Below, in pieces: positions 21,409 to 30,684 of a stretch of DNA of 31,122 nucleotides; within the stretch, counting starts at the first letter, position 1, and every line of letters begins with the position of its first letter. The DNA is from a virus. Lineage: Duplodnaviria > Caudoviricetes. The notes below the pieces were generated by a model that had not been told where the DNA came from, did no database searches, and saw only the letters and a list, made by a program, of their open reading frames with translations. The stretch is taken from the IMG/VR virus record IMGVR_UViG_3300032314_000024, positions 1-31,122 of that record; one strand, given 5' to 3'. The translations under genes and the position numbers were made by a program.

Positions 21409-24400
21409 TTACCTCGTTGGGAATGCTGCGGTTGGCGTTGTGATGGTGCGGGCGACGCCATTAGTAATGCGGAAGTCTTGGATGTAACAATTTCCATAGG
21501 TTAAAATGGAATTATATAACTCAACACCAACCCTTAAAGTTGTGGCAAACGCTGCGGAACTTGTATAAGTTGATCCAACCTGAGTGCCAGCAAGATATAA
21601 TCTAATTACATTGCTAGAATCTCTGGTTACAGCAACATAATTCCAAGCGCCAGGCGTTGGCAACGTGGCGGAAGTAATTCGCGATGCTCCAGCGGAATAA
21701 AGATTAAATGCGGTTCCTGCGGTTCCTAAGTAAACCTCAAGACCTGTTGAATTGAGAGCATCGCCGATTGTAAAAAAGTAATTGTTACCGGCTGATGCTA
21801 TGTAAACCCAAAATTCAATTGTAAACACCCCAGTAAGCGAGGGGATGGAAGTCAACAAATAATCCCCCGTCCCATCAAACTTCATGCTTGTAGGAGACCA
21901 CTTATATTGCGTGGTACTAACCTGAGCATCTCCAACCGTCGTCACTACGTTCTGTGTTGTAGCGTCGTAGATTCCTGCGTTGGTCATGTTGAGCAGGAGA
22001 CTGGTGTTGGTGATTGCCGTTACTGGTGAGGTGGGTGGGGTGAATGCTCCGGTGTAGACTGCTGTGCCTTTGACTGCTCTAAAGTTGGAAATGTACCCAT
22101 TGAAATAAGAGTCAAAGGTTCCAGCCCAGCCTACTTGAAAGGCTCCACTTGGGGACCCTACCGCACCGGCGTACGTTGATGTTCCTATTGAAATTCCGTC
22201 AAGATAAACCGTAAATGTTGATCCATTTCTTACAACAGCCATGTGATGCCATGTATTTAATGATGGCAAAGGCGTCCCTAAGACAATAGTGCCACCACCA
22301 GTAACAACCAGAGCATAACCAGACGGACCGTTGCCCATTGTAAAATACATACTGCCAGTTAATCTAAACGGTCCGTCGTAGTTACTGGGTAGCCTGCTAA
22401 TTTGATTGAACCAAAACTCAATAGTAAAGTTGCCAGAACCAAAATCAAAAGCCGTGTTGTTAGCCGCGCCAACATAATCCGTACTACCATTAAAGTACCC
22501 GCTCCCACCATACAGCGCAGTGGTGTACGATGCCGTTGGGGAGAACGGCTGGAAGGCTTGAACGGTTGGGGTGCCAGATGGAGTAAGTGTTTTTGGTGTA
22601 CCAGAAACATCAACAAACCTATTGCCTTGGCAGGTCAACAAAGTTGTATTTGCATCTGAAGTAAATGGGGCAGTTGGAATGGAAGTTACGGTTCTGACTG
22701 TATTGCTTACGCGAACATTGGAAAGATACCCATCAAGGTAATAACCAGCAACAGGAGTCGCCCACAATCCGCTAATACGAAGTTGCGAGTTTTGTGCGCT
22801 TGTCGTATTGCTTGCAGAGTTTAATAGCGTCCCGTTAAGGTACAGGGCGATGGTGGCCCCGTTGTAGGTCATTGCCAAATAGTTCCAAGTATTCAGCGTG
22901 GGCGCGGCAGAAGAATAAACAAAAACACCGCCAACCTGACAAAACCATTTGGCTCCCGAACTATTGTCAATTCCTATCGCCGTTCTTCCCGCAGAGCCAC
23001 TTGTACCTTGAGAGACAAATGCTTGCGTTGCAGTTGTACTTGTGACGTAAACAAACAGCTCAATCGTAAAGTTTCCCGTTGGAATTACTTGGGTTTCTGT
23101 GGTAAGAATTGTTTGAGAAGAGGCCGCAACAAAATAATTACTCCACTGCCCATTCGGCCAATACGGAGTGATTGAACCCTGCGTCGGTGTGCCGTTGCGG
23201 GTGATGGGGAAGGCGTATGGGCCTGTGTCAATAAAGGTGTTGTTCTGTACGCCGTTCGTCGCGCTAGTGTAGTTGCTGTCTGCGAGGTTAAGAAGGAGGG
23301 ATGTGTTGGCTGCGGAGAACCCTGTAACTACGTTGGTGAGACTTGGATACGTCCCGCCGGTCTGGGTCAGTGGTCCGCTTGGAGGGGTGAAAGGTGTGCC
23401 TGTGTAGACGGCTGTTCCTTTGACGATACGCAAGTTTCCAATATAGCCATACGTCACATATATATTTTGAGGAGATCCTTGAGCGTTATTTACCGAAAAG
23501 GTTTCAATACCAAGCGTGCTTGTATTCGTCCCGCTTCCAGTGCTAACACCATTCAAATACATTTTTACGTTGGACGCTCCGGTCCCACTTCGCACAATTG
23601 CCAAGTGAGTCCATGTATTCAAAGGAACAGCAGAGCTTCCTGTAATTAAAGCTCCAGAAGAAATGTTTGCATAAAACGTAGGAACACCAGTCGTGGACAA
23701 AAACAAAGCCGGAATGTTTGTTGCAACGCCTCCGTTTGTTCTCCAATCTACGACAGTAGAAGTATTTGAGTTATATGCGGTCACATACAGCCACAGCTCA
23801 ACAGTAAAATCACCTGCCCCAAGAGCCAGTGCCGCCGCAGAACCCGCTGTTAAATAGGTACCATTTGCAGCGAAATAAATCGCACCCGGACTCGCTGCTG
23901 GTGCGGTGAATCCACTAGGGTAGAAGTATGGTGTTACTTGTGGGGTGCCGGTGACCGTAATAACTTTTGCTGTTGTAGCAGTATTTGCGTCAATGAACCT
24001 GTTGCTGTAACAAGTCAAAAGCACTTGGTTTGTAGTGCTTACGCTAAACGGAGTTGTCGGAACGCTGATGGTTGAGCCAGAATACAGAGCGGAGGTAACA
24101 ACCCGTAGATTAGAAATGTAGCCGGTGTATGGAGTTCCGCCGGTGTTTCTATTGCCAATATAAGTTACGGCTGTGTCAATTGCAGTTGCGTTTGTAACTG
24201 TTGCGGTATTGCGAGCACCGTTGACGTACATTGACCAGACGTTTGAGGCATCACGCTGAACAACCAAATAAAGCCAAGTGTTGGCTGAATAAGTTGCGTC
24301 AGAAACAAAAACAGTGGTTGCTCCAAGAACAACAGTAAATTTATTTGTGGTGTCGTTCCACAAAATCATCAACCGACCGGAGGCAGATCCGTTAGGGTAT

Positions 24401-24753
24401 TGCGCGGCGATAACCTGACTTGCTGCTGTTCCAGTCGGGTATACAAAGGTTTCAAACGTAAACGCGCCGGATGCAGGAATAGCGTTTGTGGCGATGTTTA
24501 ACGTATCACTAGCCCCGCCCGGAAAAAAATTACCCCAATACCCGTCAGTCTGGTACGGAGAGACCCACCCAGTGCTTGGGTTCCCTGTTCGGGTGACCGT
24601 GTTTGGGCTGGCGCTTGAGTCGGTTACCGTCGTATTCAGAGATGACGAGGAGCCAGTCTCAAGCAACAGCGGGACATAGGCGAAAGAGGCGTCGGTGGTA
24701 GGGGTAGCACCACCACCAGGTTTACGAAATAGAGCTTTGCTGCTTGAAAACAT
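21409..24753 (-). CDS. Multi-LamG/concanavalin A-like lectin domain tail adhesin (five domains)
   Basis: Five FT(F/V/I)ExxxY/N starts (GAFTFETFVY, GDFTVELWLY, GNFTIELFVY, GNFTIEFWFN, GVFTIEFWVY), each followed by W.(H/Y).A..R...Y..G and (G)Y(I/L)..(L/F/V)R(V/I/A) motifs. Confidence 0.88.
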   Translation of the reverse strand: MFSSSKALFRKPGGGATPTTDASFAYVPLLLETGSSSSLNTTVTDSSASPNTVTRTGNPSTGWVSPYQTDGYWGNFFPGGASDTLNIATNAIPASGAFTFETFVYPTGTAASQVIAAQYPNGSASGRLMILWNDTTNKFTVVLGATTVFVSDATYSANTWLYLVVQRDASNVWSMYVNGARNTATVTNATAIDTAVTYIGNRNTGGTPYTGYISNLRVVTSALYSGSTISVPTTPFSVSTTNQVLLTCYSNRFIDANTATTAKVITVTGTPQVTPYFYPSGFTAPAASPGAIYFAANGTYLTAGSAAALALGAGDFTVELWLYVTAYNSNTSTVVDWRTNGGVATNIPALFLSTTGVPTFYANISSGALITGSSAVPLNTWTHLAIVRSGTGASNVKMYLNGVSTGSGTNTSTLGIETFSVNNAQGSPQNIYVTYGYIGNLRIVKGTAVYTGTPFTPPSGPLTQTGGTYPSLTNVVTGFSAANTSLLLNLADSNYTSATNGVQNNTFIDTGPYAFPITRNGTPTQGSITPYWPNGQWSNYFVAASSQTILTTETQVIPTGNFTIELFVYVTSTTATQAFVSQGTSGSAGRTAIGIDNSSGAKWFCQVGGVFVYSSAAPTLNTWNYLAMTYNGATIALYLNGTLLNSASNTTSAQNSQLRISGLWATPVAGYYLDGYLSNVRVSNTVRTVTSIPTAPFTSDANTTLLTCQGNRFVDVSGTPKTLTPSGTPTVQAFQPFSPTASYTTALYGGSGYFNGSTDYVGAANNTAFDFGSGNFTIEFWFNQISRLPSNYDGPFRLTGSMYFTMGNGPSGYALVVTGGGTIVLGTPLPSLNTWHHMAVVRNGSTFTVYLDGISIGTSTYAGAVGSPSGAFQVGWAGTFDSYFNGYISNFRAVKGTAVYTGAFTPPTSPVTAITNTSLLLNMTNAGIYDATTQNVVTTVGDAQVSTTQYKWSPTSMKFDGTGDYLLTSIPSLTGVFTIEFWVYIASAGNNYFFTIGDALNSTGLEVYLGTAGTAFNLYSAGASRITSATLPTPGAWNYVAVTRDSSNVIRLYLAGTQVGSTYTSSAAFATTLRVGVELYNSILTYGNCYIQDFRITNGVARTITTPTAAFPTR

Positions 24754-25988
24754 CAGAAGTTTGCCCCGGATTGGACGCCGTACCAGTTCGTACCGTCCGA
24801 AATGAATGCGTAGATGTCCACCTTTGCGTTTACCAGCGTAGCACTTGGAGGCGTACCACCCGGATACTTTAAGGTCCCAGAAGGTGAAGAGAAGGTCAAT
24901 GCACTGGCGCCTGTGACATACACTACAAGCACCGTCAGACTCTTTCCAGCAGCAGGCGCAGGCAACGTAATAGCATTTGAGCCGGAGACGGTCGTAATCG
25001 TCTGAAAGGTTCCGTTCGTTAACGACAGTGTAATTGCGCCACCAGTAGCCGTCGCCGTGAAGTTGGTCTCGGTGTAGTTCGTAACCGTCGGATTGGTCAG
25101 CGTCTTGTTGGTAAGAGTATCCGTTGTTGCCCGTCCAACTAGCGTATCGGTGCCAGTCGGAATAGTAATCGTCCCGCTGTTAGAGATGGATGCAATTACA
25201 GGCAGCGTCAGAGTCTTGTTGGTCAAGGTATCTGTAGTTGCCCGTCCCACTAGCGTATCCGTACCAGTCGGGATTGTGATCGTCCCGCTGTTGGAAATGG
25301 ACGCAATAACCGGCAGCGTCAGGGTCTTATTGGTCAGCGTCTGGGTATCGGTCGTGCCAACAATGACGCCAGAAGGGGCAGCCTTACCAGAGTCCGCGAT
25401 CGTCGTCCCGCCCGTACCATTCCACGAGACCAGATTCCCGCTTACAGAGCTTCCTGGGCCGTTTACGGTGCCGGTTCCAGCCTGAGCCATCAAAGACCAT
25501 GATCCCGGAGAGCTCGAGGGGTTGGCGCCTGTGCTGGTTGCGATAGCAATATAGCTGCTGCCGCCGTAAGAAACGGTCTGGTTAGCGGTATAGGTCGTGC
25601 CGGAAGACCACGTCCCCTGCCATGTAAACGATGTGCCGTTCGTGCCGTTGGTACCGTTCGTGCCGTTTGTGCCGTTCGTTCCGGCCTGAGCAAGCAGGCT
25701 CCAGTACGTCGCGTTTGGTGGCGCGTTGCCAATAGAATTCAGAATACAGATGTAGCTATTGCCGCCAGAGGTAACAATATCGTTTACATAGTATTGCGTC
25801 CCGCCGGCATAGGCACCCTTTGAGACGACACCCAAAGAATACGCAAGGCTGTTCCAGGCAGTGGAGCCGTTGCCGATCTTGAACTTGCTAGTGTCCGTCT
25901 CCGCGCCAAGCTCGCCACCAGCAAGAACGGGGTTGGCCGCGGTCCATTGAGCCGCAGTACCGTTTCTAAGTTGTATCTGAACAGGCAT
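24753..25988 (-). CDS. Tail fibre protein with Mtd-N-like anchor, two CBM5/12-like modules and collagen-like linker
   Basis: IQLRNGTAAQW.AANPVL..GELG.ETDT.KFKIG.G...W..L N-terminus, two W/Y...Y....V..GG.SYI...W.L modules flanking (GTN)5, TLTNKTLT repeats and a C-terminal YPGGTPP...VDIYAF domain. Confidence 0.82.
   Translation of the reverse strand: MPVQIQLRNGTAAQWTAANPVLAGGELGAETDTSKFKIGNGSTAWNSLAYSLGVVSKGAYAGGTQYYVNDIVTSGGNSYICILNSIGNAPPNATYWSLLAQAGTNGTNGTNGTNGTNGTSFTWQGTWSSGTTYTANQTVSYGGSSYIAIATSTGANPSSSPGSWSLMAQAGTGTVNGPGSSVSGNLVSWNGTGGTTIADSGKAAPSGVIVGTTDTQTLTNKTLTLPVIASISNSGTITIPTGTDTLVGRATTDTLTNKTLTLPVIASISNSGTITIPTGTDTLVGRATTDTLTNKTLTNPTVTNYTETNFTATATGGAITLSLTNGTFQTITTVSGSNAITLPAPAAGKSLTVLVVYVTGASALTFSSPSGTLKYPGGTPPSATLVNAKVDIYAFISDGTNWYGVQSGANF
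25095..25350 (-). repeat. 111-bp (37-aa) tandem duplication within the fibre gene
   Basis: TLTNKTLTLPVIASISNSGTITIPTGTDTLVGRATTD occurs twice plus a partial third copy. DNA copies are offset by 111 bp (e.g. 25203 and 25314). Confidence 0.92.
25632..25682 (-). repeat. 9-bp repeat encoding collagen-like (GTN)5GT
   Basis: gtgccgttc-type units are visible directly in the sequence. Confidence 0.9.
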
Positions 25989-27994
25989 TACGGTGTCCCC
26001 CCGTTAATTGGTGTAATCGCGCCGTAGGTTGAGCTAGGTATCCCGCCATCCAAATTGGGAGATCCACCACCGCCACCACCGCCGCTTTGTGTGGCCCAAA
26101 CCAAGGTCCCAGATCCGTTCGTAGCCAACACCTGATACGGCGTACCATCCGAAGACGGCAAGGTCCACGTTACGTTACTGGTAACAGTCGCAGGGGCCCT
26201 AAATCCAACAAAATTACTCGAGTCAAGGTCGGCAAACTTAAATATCCCTTGAGAACCTAATTGTACATTCGTCCCGTCAGTCGTGTAGTTGGATTGGCCG
26301 CCAAATACACCACCATTGTTATATTGGATTGTATTTGGACTTCCACCTGGAGTACCACCGCCACCCGTTGGAGCGGCCCATGTCGCAGTTCCACTCTGAA
26401 CCGTCAACACCTGGCCGTTGGAGCCAATGCCAAGCCTTCCCGCGGCGTTTGTTCCCGTCCCGACAATAATATCGCCGAGCGCAGTAATCGGAGACAGCGC
26501 ATTAAATCCAGACGCCTGCGATGTCTGGCCGGTGCCGCCCTGAGCAATCGCCACAGCACCCGAAGTAACCTGGCTGCCGCTAATCGCAATGTTGGTATTG
26601 ATCGCGCCGGTAATCTGACCCTGAGCGTTTACGGCGATCTGAGGCACTTGAGAGCCAGAGCCATAAGTTCCAGAAGATACGCCGGTATTTGTGATGCTGA
26701 ATTGGTTGGTCGGGGAGAGGCTTAGACCCGTTCCATTTGAGTAGACGACCGTCCCCGCGCCAAACTGCACAAAGACAAGATTCGTCGTGCCAATCGTAAT
26801 CGGCTGCAGCGTCGTCTGTACCCACGACGTGCTTGCGTTCGTTGCACCGGTCAGGATCAGCGTAAAGTCGCCGGCGTCCACGTTTAAGTAGGTCGAGCCA
26901 GGGGTGTTGTAGTCCGTCGCCCGAGTCAGAATAAATGGCGTCGACCCATCCCCAATCTGAGTGACCGTATAGATCCCGTTATGCGCCTGATTTACCTGGT
27001 TCTTTACCAGCACGCGGTTGCCGGCCACCACATCCACAGAGTCAACGGTTAGCAGCCCGTTAGCGGTAGCGGTCAACGTCGCGCCAACGCCAGAGCTTCC
27101 GTTGTTGTAGGTGCAGGTGGGGAGCGCCGCGGCAGTCGCTAGGTCACAATTTGCATGAAAGCTCAATCCCGATGCAACCGCGTCCGCATACGCCTTATTA
27201 ACAATATTGTTAACGCTAGTCGGGGTAGTGGTGATGTTCCCGCTCGTCGCATTAACCGTGCTAAACGTCCCAGCAACCGGGGTCGTACCGCCAATCACCG
27301 TGTTGTTGATCGTCCCGCCAGTAAATGATCCGCCCGTGACCGTCTTGCCGGTAAAGGTAAGCGCACTCGGCAAGGACAGCGTGGGAGTCGCGCCACCAGA
27401 CGAAGTAATCTCATTCGCGGTGCCGGATACGCTTGTAACAGGAGTCGAGCCAGAGGACGCCGCGGTGAGCTGCCCCTGCGCGTTAACCGTAAAACTGGGA
27501 TTTGAATAACTACCAGGCGTTACACCGGTCGTGTCAATCGCAATCGTCCCAGAGGTGGAGATTGGGCCGCCGGTTAATCCAGTGCCCGTATTGACCTGAA
27601 CAACGCTTCCACTACCCCCACCACCGGAAGCGGACCACTCAACATCTGTAGCGCCGGCATTGACACGAAGTACATACGATGCGTTTCCCGTATAACTTGG
27701 GAGAACATTTGCCCGAGCCTGTTGAGCAGTCGTGCCGCCAGTCCCGCCGTTGCTAACATTAAGTGTCCCACCTAGTGTGATAGTCCCAGAGGTAGTAATC
27801 GGCCCGCCAGTCGTCGTTAAACCCGTAGTGCCACCGGAGACATCAACAGATGAGACGCCACCCCCACCACCACCGCCACCGCCAATCGCACCGGTAGTCG
27901 TGCGAACCGTCTGCCCGTTCTGGACGACAGGCACCAGCTCCGTGCCGGTTAGGGGTTGGGCCGCTGGAAGCTGGGTAATAGTTACATTTGCCAT
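25988..27994 (-). CDS. Long tail fibre protein
   Basis: 668 aa, Gly/Thr-rich. N-terminal ITQLP...ELVPVVQNG, repeated TGL.GGPI.TSGTI and GSY....TVNAQGQ(L/I)T motifs, a NRVLVKNQ....NGIY...LTRATD module, and C-terminal LDGG/INGG. Confidence 0.82.
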   Translation of the reverse strand: MANVTITQLPAAQPLTGTELVPVVQNGQTVRTTTGAIGGGGGGGGGVSSVDVSGGTTGLTTTGGPITTSGTITLGGTLNVSNGGTGGTTAQQARANVLPSYTGNASYVLRVNAGATDVEWSASGGGGSGSVVQVNTGTGLTGGPISTSGTIAIDTTGVTPGSYSNPSFTVNAQGQLTAASSGSTPVTSVSGTANEITSSGGATPTLSLPSALTFTGKTVTGGSFTGGTINNTVIGGTTPVAGTFSTVNATSGNITTTPTSVNNIVNKAYADAVASGLSFHANCDLATAAALPTCTYNNGSSGVGATLTATANGLLTVDSVDVVAGNRVLVKNQVNQAHNGIYTVTQIGDGSTPFILTRATDYNTPGSTYLNVDAGDFTLILTGATNASTSWVQTTLQPITIGTTNLVFVQFGAGTVVYSNGTGLSLSPTNQFSITNTGVSSGTYGSGSQVPQIAVNAQGQITGAINTNIAISGSQVTSGAVAIAQGGTGQTSQASGFNALSPITALGDIIVGTGTNAAGRLGIGSNGQVLTVQSGTATWAAPTGGGGTPGGSPNTIQYNNGGVFGGQSNYTTDGTNVQLGSQGIFKFADLDSSNFVGFRAPATVTSNVTWTLPSSDGTPYQVLATNGSGTLVWATQSGGGGGGGSPNLDGGIPSSTYGAITPINGGTP

Positions 27995-28330
27995 CTATAT
28001 CTCAATACTATCCAGGTTGCCGTTATTCTCTGGCGTCTGAGTATTCTGCTCTGGCGACAATACATAATTATTGTCTCCGCCAGTCGTGAGGTTGTTATCC
28101 TCAACTGCAACACTCTCGTCAGGGCGCGGAAAGCGTATTGTAATCTTTTCTGTCTTGCGTGCAGCGAGTCGATACGGATCAAAGTTGTCCGCGCAACCCT
28201 GATCACAGACCTGCAGACCCGGAAAGTTTGGATCAGATCGCATTACCGCGTGCGGCCTCTTCATCCGGCACCGGTCACAGATTGCGATTGCTAAATCTGA
28301 GAGCCCCGTCGTATCAAGGAAAACAGGCAT
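27995..28330 (-). CDS. Small Cys-motif (putative Zn-binding) virion-region protein
   Basis: AICDRC...VCDQGC (CxxC-x20-CxxxC), then DP...RFPRPD and an acidic tail. It abuts both neighbours. Confidence 0.75.
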   Translation of the reverse strand: MPVFLDTTGLSDLAIAICDRCRMKRPHAVMRSDPNFPGLQVCDQGCADNFDPYRLAARKTEKITIRFPRPDESVAVEDNNLTTGGDNNYVLSPEQNTQTPENNGNLDSIEI

Positions 28331-28333
28331 AGA

Positions 28334-29386
28334 TCACCTGTTATAGGGCGCAATATTCGGGGCAAAGTAAATTGGACCTCGACCACGCTCCTCCTGCTCT
28401 GCAAGGTTAAACGTAGACTGCGCCTGAGCCTCAAGATACTGAATGCGAGCAGGCTCAACACCAGGCAACTCCATCGCCATCTGATGCGCCAGCATATTCA
28501 CGATCGCCATATACCAGCGCTGGGGTATTTCTAGCTCATCCGTGAGTGCGCCGACGTCCATAACCTGACGCGAGTACCAGACAACCATCTGCACAAACGC
28601 ATCACTCGGTACCGGCCACAGGTTAATCTGCGAATACGGGATCGTGCGGTTTAGCCAATACTGAAACGGCTGGTTTGCAGTAAAGTTTTTGTTTGGAAGG
28701 TTCGTGTAGTCATCACGATTAAGGCTAGCCATCGTGATTTCTGTCGAGTTGTTGCCAAAATACAACTCCCTAACGGCTATCGTGCTTCCGTTAATGGCTC
28801 GCATCCGGTAATACTGGACGTTTTGACCCGTCTCAATGTCGTACCAGAGCCATTCTTTGTCAGCCCACGTCGTTTGCCCCGGGGAGTAGAGCGCATTCCA
28901 TGTAATTCCGTCGGTGGAATACTCAAATACAACCGTGATGTTTCCAGAAACTCCCGGTAATACTCCGATTGACCCGACATAGACCGGGGAATTGTAATAA
29001 ATGGATATGTTTCCATTAGTAGATGTCTGTGTGCAAACAGTGTCAATGTTGCCGTCAAAGGCGTTTATTGCGATTCCAGAGCTCGAAGAGTAGGCTCCAG
29101 AGGGGCGGTTCATGCGCCGATACAGGACGTTTAGGGTGTCGTTGAACCCCGCAGGCATATCATAGACCTGCTTGTCTGGAAGAAGGCCAAACACCTTCTT
29201 TTCAATCGCCCAGTAGTCAACTCCGGTGTTGATCAGGTGCGATAAGACGAAATACAGAGACTCACGGGCAGAATTTACCTGCTCAACGGTTAACTCTTCC
29301 GCAAGTTTTCCTGCACGACGAGCGGCATGATCAATAACCTTCTGGACATTGATAACCGTCTGACCGACCGTTCCGCTGTACGCCAT
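28334..29386 (-). CDS. Putative head-tail adaptor/head completion protein with inserted discoidin-like domain
   Basis: Helical N- and C-termini (VIDHAARRAG...ARESL; EIPQRWY.AI...LA), LNRDDY..LPNK...P.QYW...LWPVP, and a central AFDGN...EYSTDG.TW...YYRMR segment. Confidence 0.6.
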   Translation of the reverse strand: MAYSGTVGQTVINVQKVIDHAARRAGKLAEELTVEQVNSARESLYFVLSHLINTGVDYWAIEKKVFGLLPDKQVYDMPAGFNDTLNVLYRRMNRPSGAYSSSSGIAINAFDGNIDTVCTQTSTNGNISIYYNSPVYVGSIGVLPGVSGNITVVFEYSTDGITWNALYSPGQTTWADKEWLWYDIETGQNVQYYRMRAINGSTIAVRELYFGNNSTEITMASLNRDDYTNLPNKNFTANQPFQYWLNRTIPYSQINLWPVPSDAFVQMVVWYSRQVMDVGALTDELEIPQRWYMAIVNMLAHQMAMELPGVEPARIQYLEAQAQSTFNLAEQEERGRGPIYFAPNIAPYNR

Positions 29387-29389
29387 AAT

Positions 29390-29890
29390 CTACCATCCCG
29401 AACACGCCCAACGCTTCATCGAGGCCCTAGCACGACTACCCTTCTCACTCTTCTCAGCGACCGGACCCATGCGAGCGCAAAACGAGTCACGCCTTGCCCC
29501 TCCGCCCGGCTGGGGAGGCTTCAGATCGCTTCCCGTCTCGCGGTTGTACTTAGCCCTACCCTTGGCCGTTAAACCCGCTCCTTGGCTTGCTGGAAGCTTT
29601 TCCCCGCGCCCTATAGCCAGGCTAGGTCCGCCTTCCTTCATCTTCGCAGTCTTCGCAGATTCCTTGAACGCCTGCGCTGTTGGTGCACCTGGAGAACCAG
29701 GTTTACGCATCTTCTCGCCGCTACCGTGATCAATACGCTCCTGCTTTGCGTGAATATTCGCGTAGAGACCGCCCTCTTTAGCCGTAAACTCCTTGCCAAC
29801 CTTCGTCGGGATGCCAACCTTCTTTGCGAACTTAGGGTTGTGCGCGACCGCCTGCATTAACCGCTCTTGGGCAGGAGACTTGGTGGGCAT
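29390..29890 (-). CDS. Basic low-complexity phage protein, apparently three fused modules
   Basis: 166 aa, Lys/Arg/Gly-rich, with modules separated by AKEGG and MKEGG. Ends RRDSFCARM...RW.C. Confidence 0.8.
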   Translation of the reverse strand: MPTKSPAQERLMQAVAHNPKFAKKVGIPTKVGKEFTAKEGGLYANIHAKQERIDHGSGEKMRKPGSPGAPTAQAFKESAKTAKMKEGGPSLAIGRGEKLPASQGAGLTAKGRAKYNRETGSDLKPPQPGGGARRDSFCARMGPVAEKSEKGSRARASMKRWACSGW

Positions 29891-29892
29891 GA

Positions 29893-30645
29893 TTAGTCCG
29901 CGTTCTTGATCAAAACGCCGCCGGCATAAATATTTGCCAAAAAAGGGCTGCCAGTGTTAGCAACAATTTGAAACTGAATGTCAGTTTTTTGATTGTGAGC
30001 AATAGGACAAGCAAATGGAATGTTCAATGTTTGCACAAACGTAGACTGGCTCAACAGGTTAATTTCCCCTGTTGCGTTGTCTTTGTTGTATTCGGCAAAC
30101 TTCATGTAGTTGCTAGACGTAAACCCAATGCTTGCGTCAGCTTGCAGATATGACAAATAGAAAGTGTATCCAGCCGGAACCGTATACAACGACATCTGGG
30201 TTTGCCCAATGCCAGCAGAAATCTTTGCGTAAGTTGTTGTGCTGATCTTTGCGGTAATATTCCCAACATTCAACCCGTTTGTTGTTGTCATCAAATTGAT
30301 GCGCAAGAACGAGTTGGTGGTCGTCACGTTTGTGGTGCCATTCATTGCAATGGTTTCCACCACCGGGGCGTAATTTGCGTCCAAACCCTGAATCTGCACG
30401 CTTAACGCAGATGTATCAGACGCAGAATCACTAACCAAAACCAACTGGGCGGCGCTTGAAGGATAAGCATAGGCGCCCCCCGAAATAGTCAACCCCTCCC
30501 ATAATGGCCCGAGCGCGGATGATCCAACAGCGGAACTAAATCCAAAAATGTTTAACGGCGTGTGCCCGTCAACCTGTCCACGAGCAACCTGCAGCTCAAA
30601 CGGCTCATACGCGCCCTGCCGGGTAGCAGAAGAATAAACGCCCAT
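29893..30645 (-). CDS. Hypothetical beta-rich virion structural protein
   Basis: About 250 aa. GGAG 6 nt before ATG 30645 favours this start over TTG 30657. Contains IQGLDANY and TQMSLYTVPAGYTFYL motifs. Function unassigned. Confidence 0.7.
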   Translation of the reverse strand: MGVYSSATRQGAYEPFELQVARGQVDGHTPLNIFGFSSAVGSSALGPLWEGLTISGGAYAYPSSAAQLVLVSDSASDTSALSVQIQGLDANYAPVVETIAMNGTTNVTTTNSFLRINLMTTTNGLNVGNITAKISTTTYAKISAGIGQTQMSLYTVPAGYTFYLSYLQADASIGFTSSNYMKFAEYNKDNATGEINLLSQSTFVQTLNIPFACPIAHNQKTDIQFQIVANTGSPFLANIYAGGVLIKNAD

Positions 30646-30659
30646 ACTAATCTCCAATG

Positions 30660-30679
30660 AAGACAGGGGCCGCAGCCCC
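30660..30679 (-). terminator. GC hairpin, possible weak intrinsic terminator or mRNA-stabilising stem
   Basis: Minus strand reads GGGGC-TGCG-GCCCC followed by TGTCTT, 5 nt after the stop at 30685. The U-tract is poor, so read-through is likely. Confidence 0.5.
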
Positions 30680-30684
30680 CATCC

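Noticed and set aside
21409-25988. Diversity-generating retroelement suggested by the Mtd-N-like domain
   Set aside because: No reverse transcriptase, no template/variable repeat pair with adenine-specific differences, and no C-type lectin variable region seen in this window.
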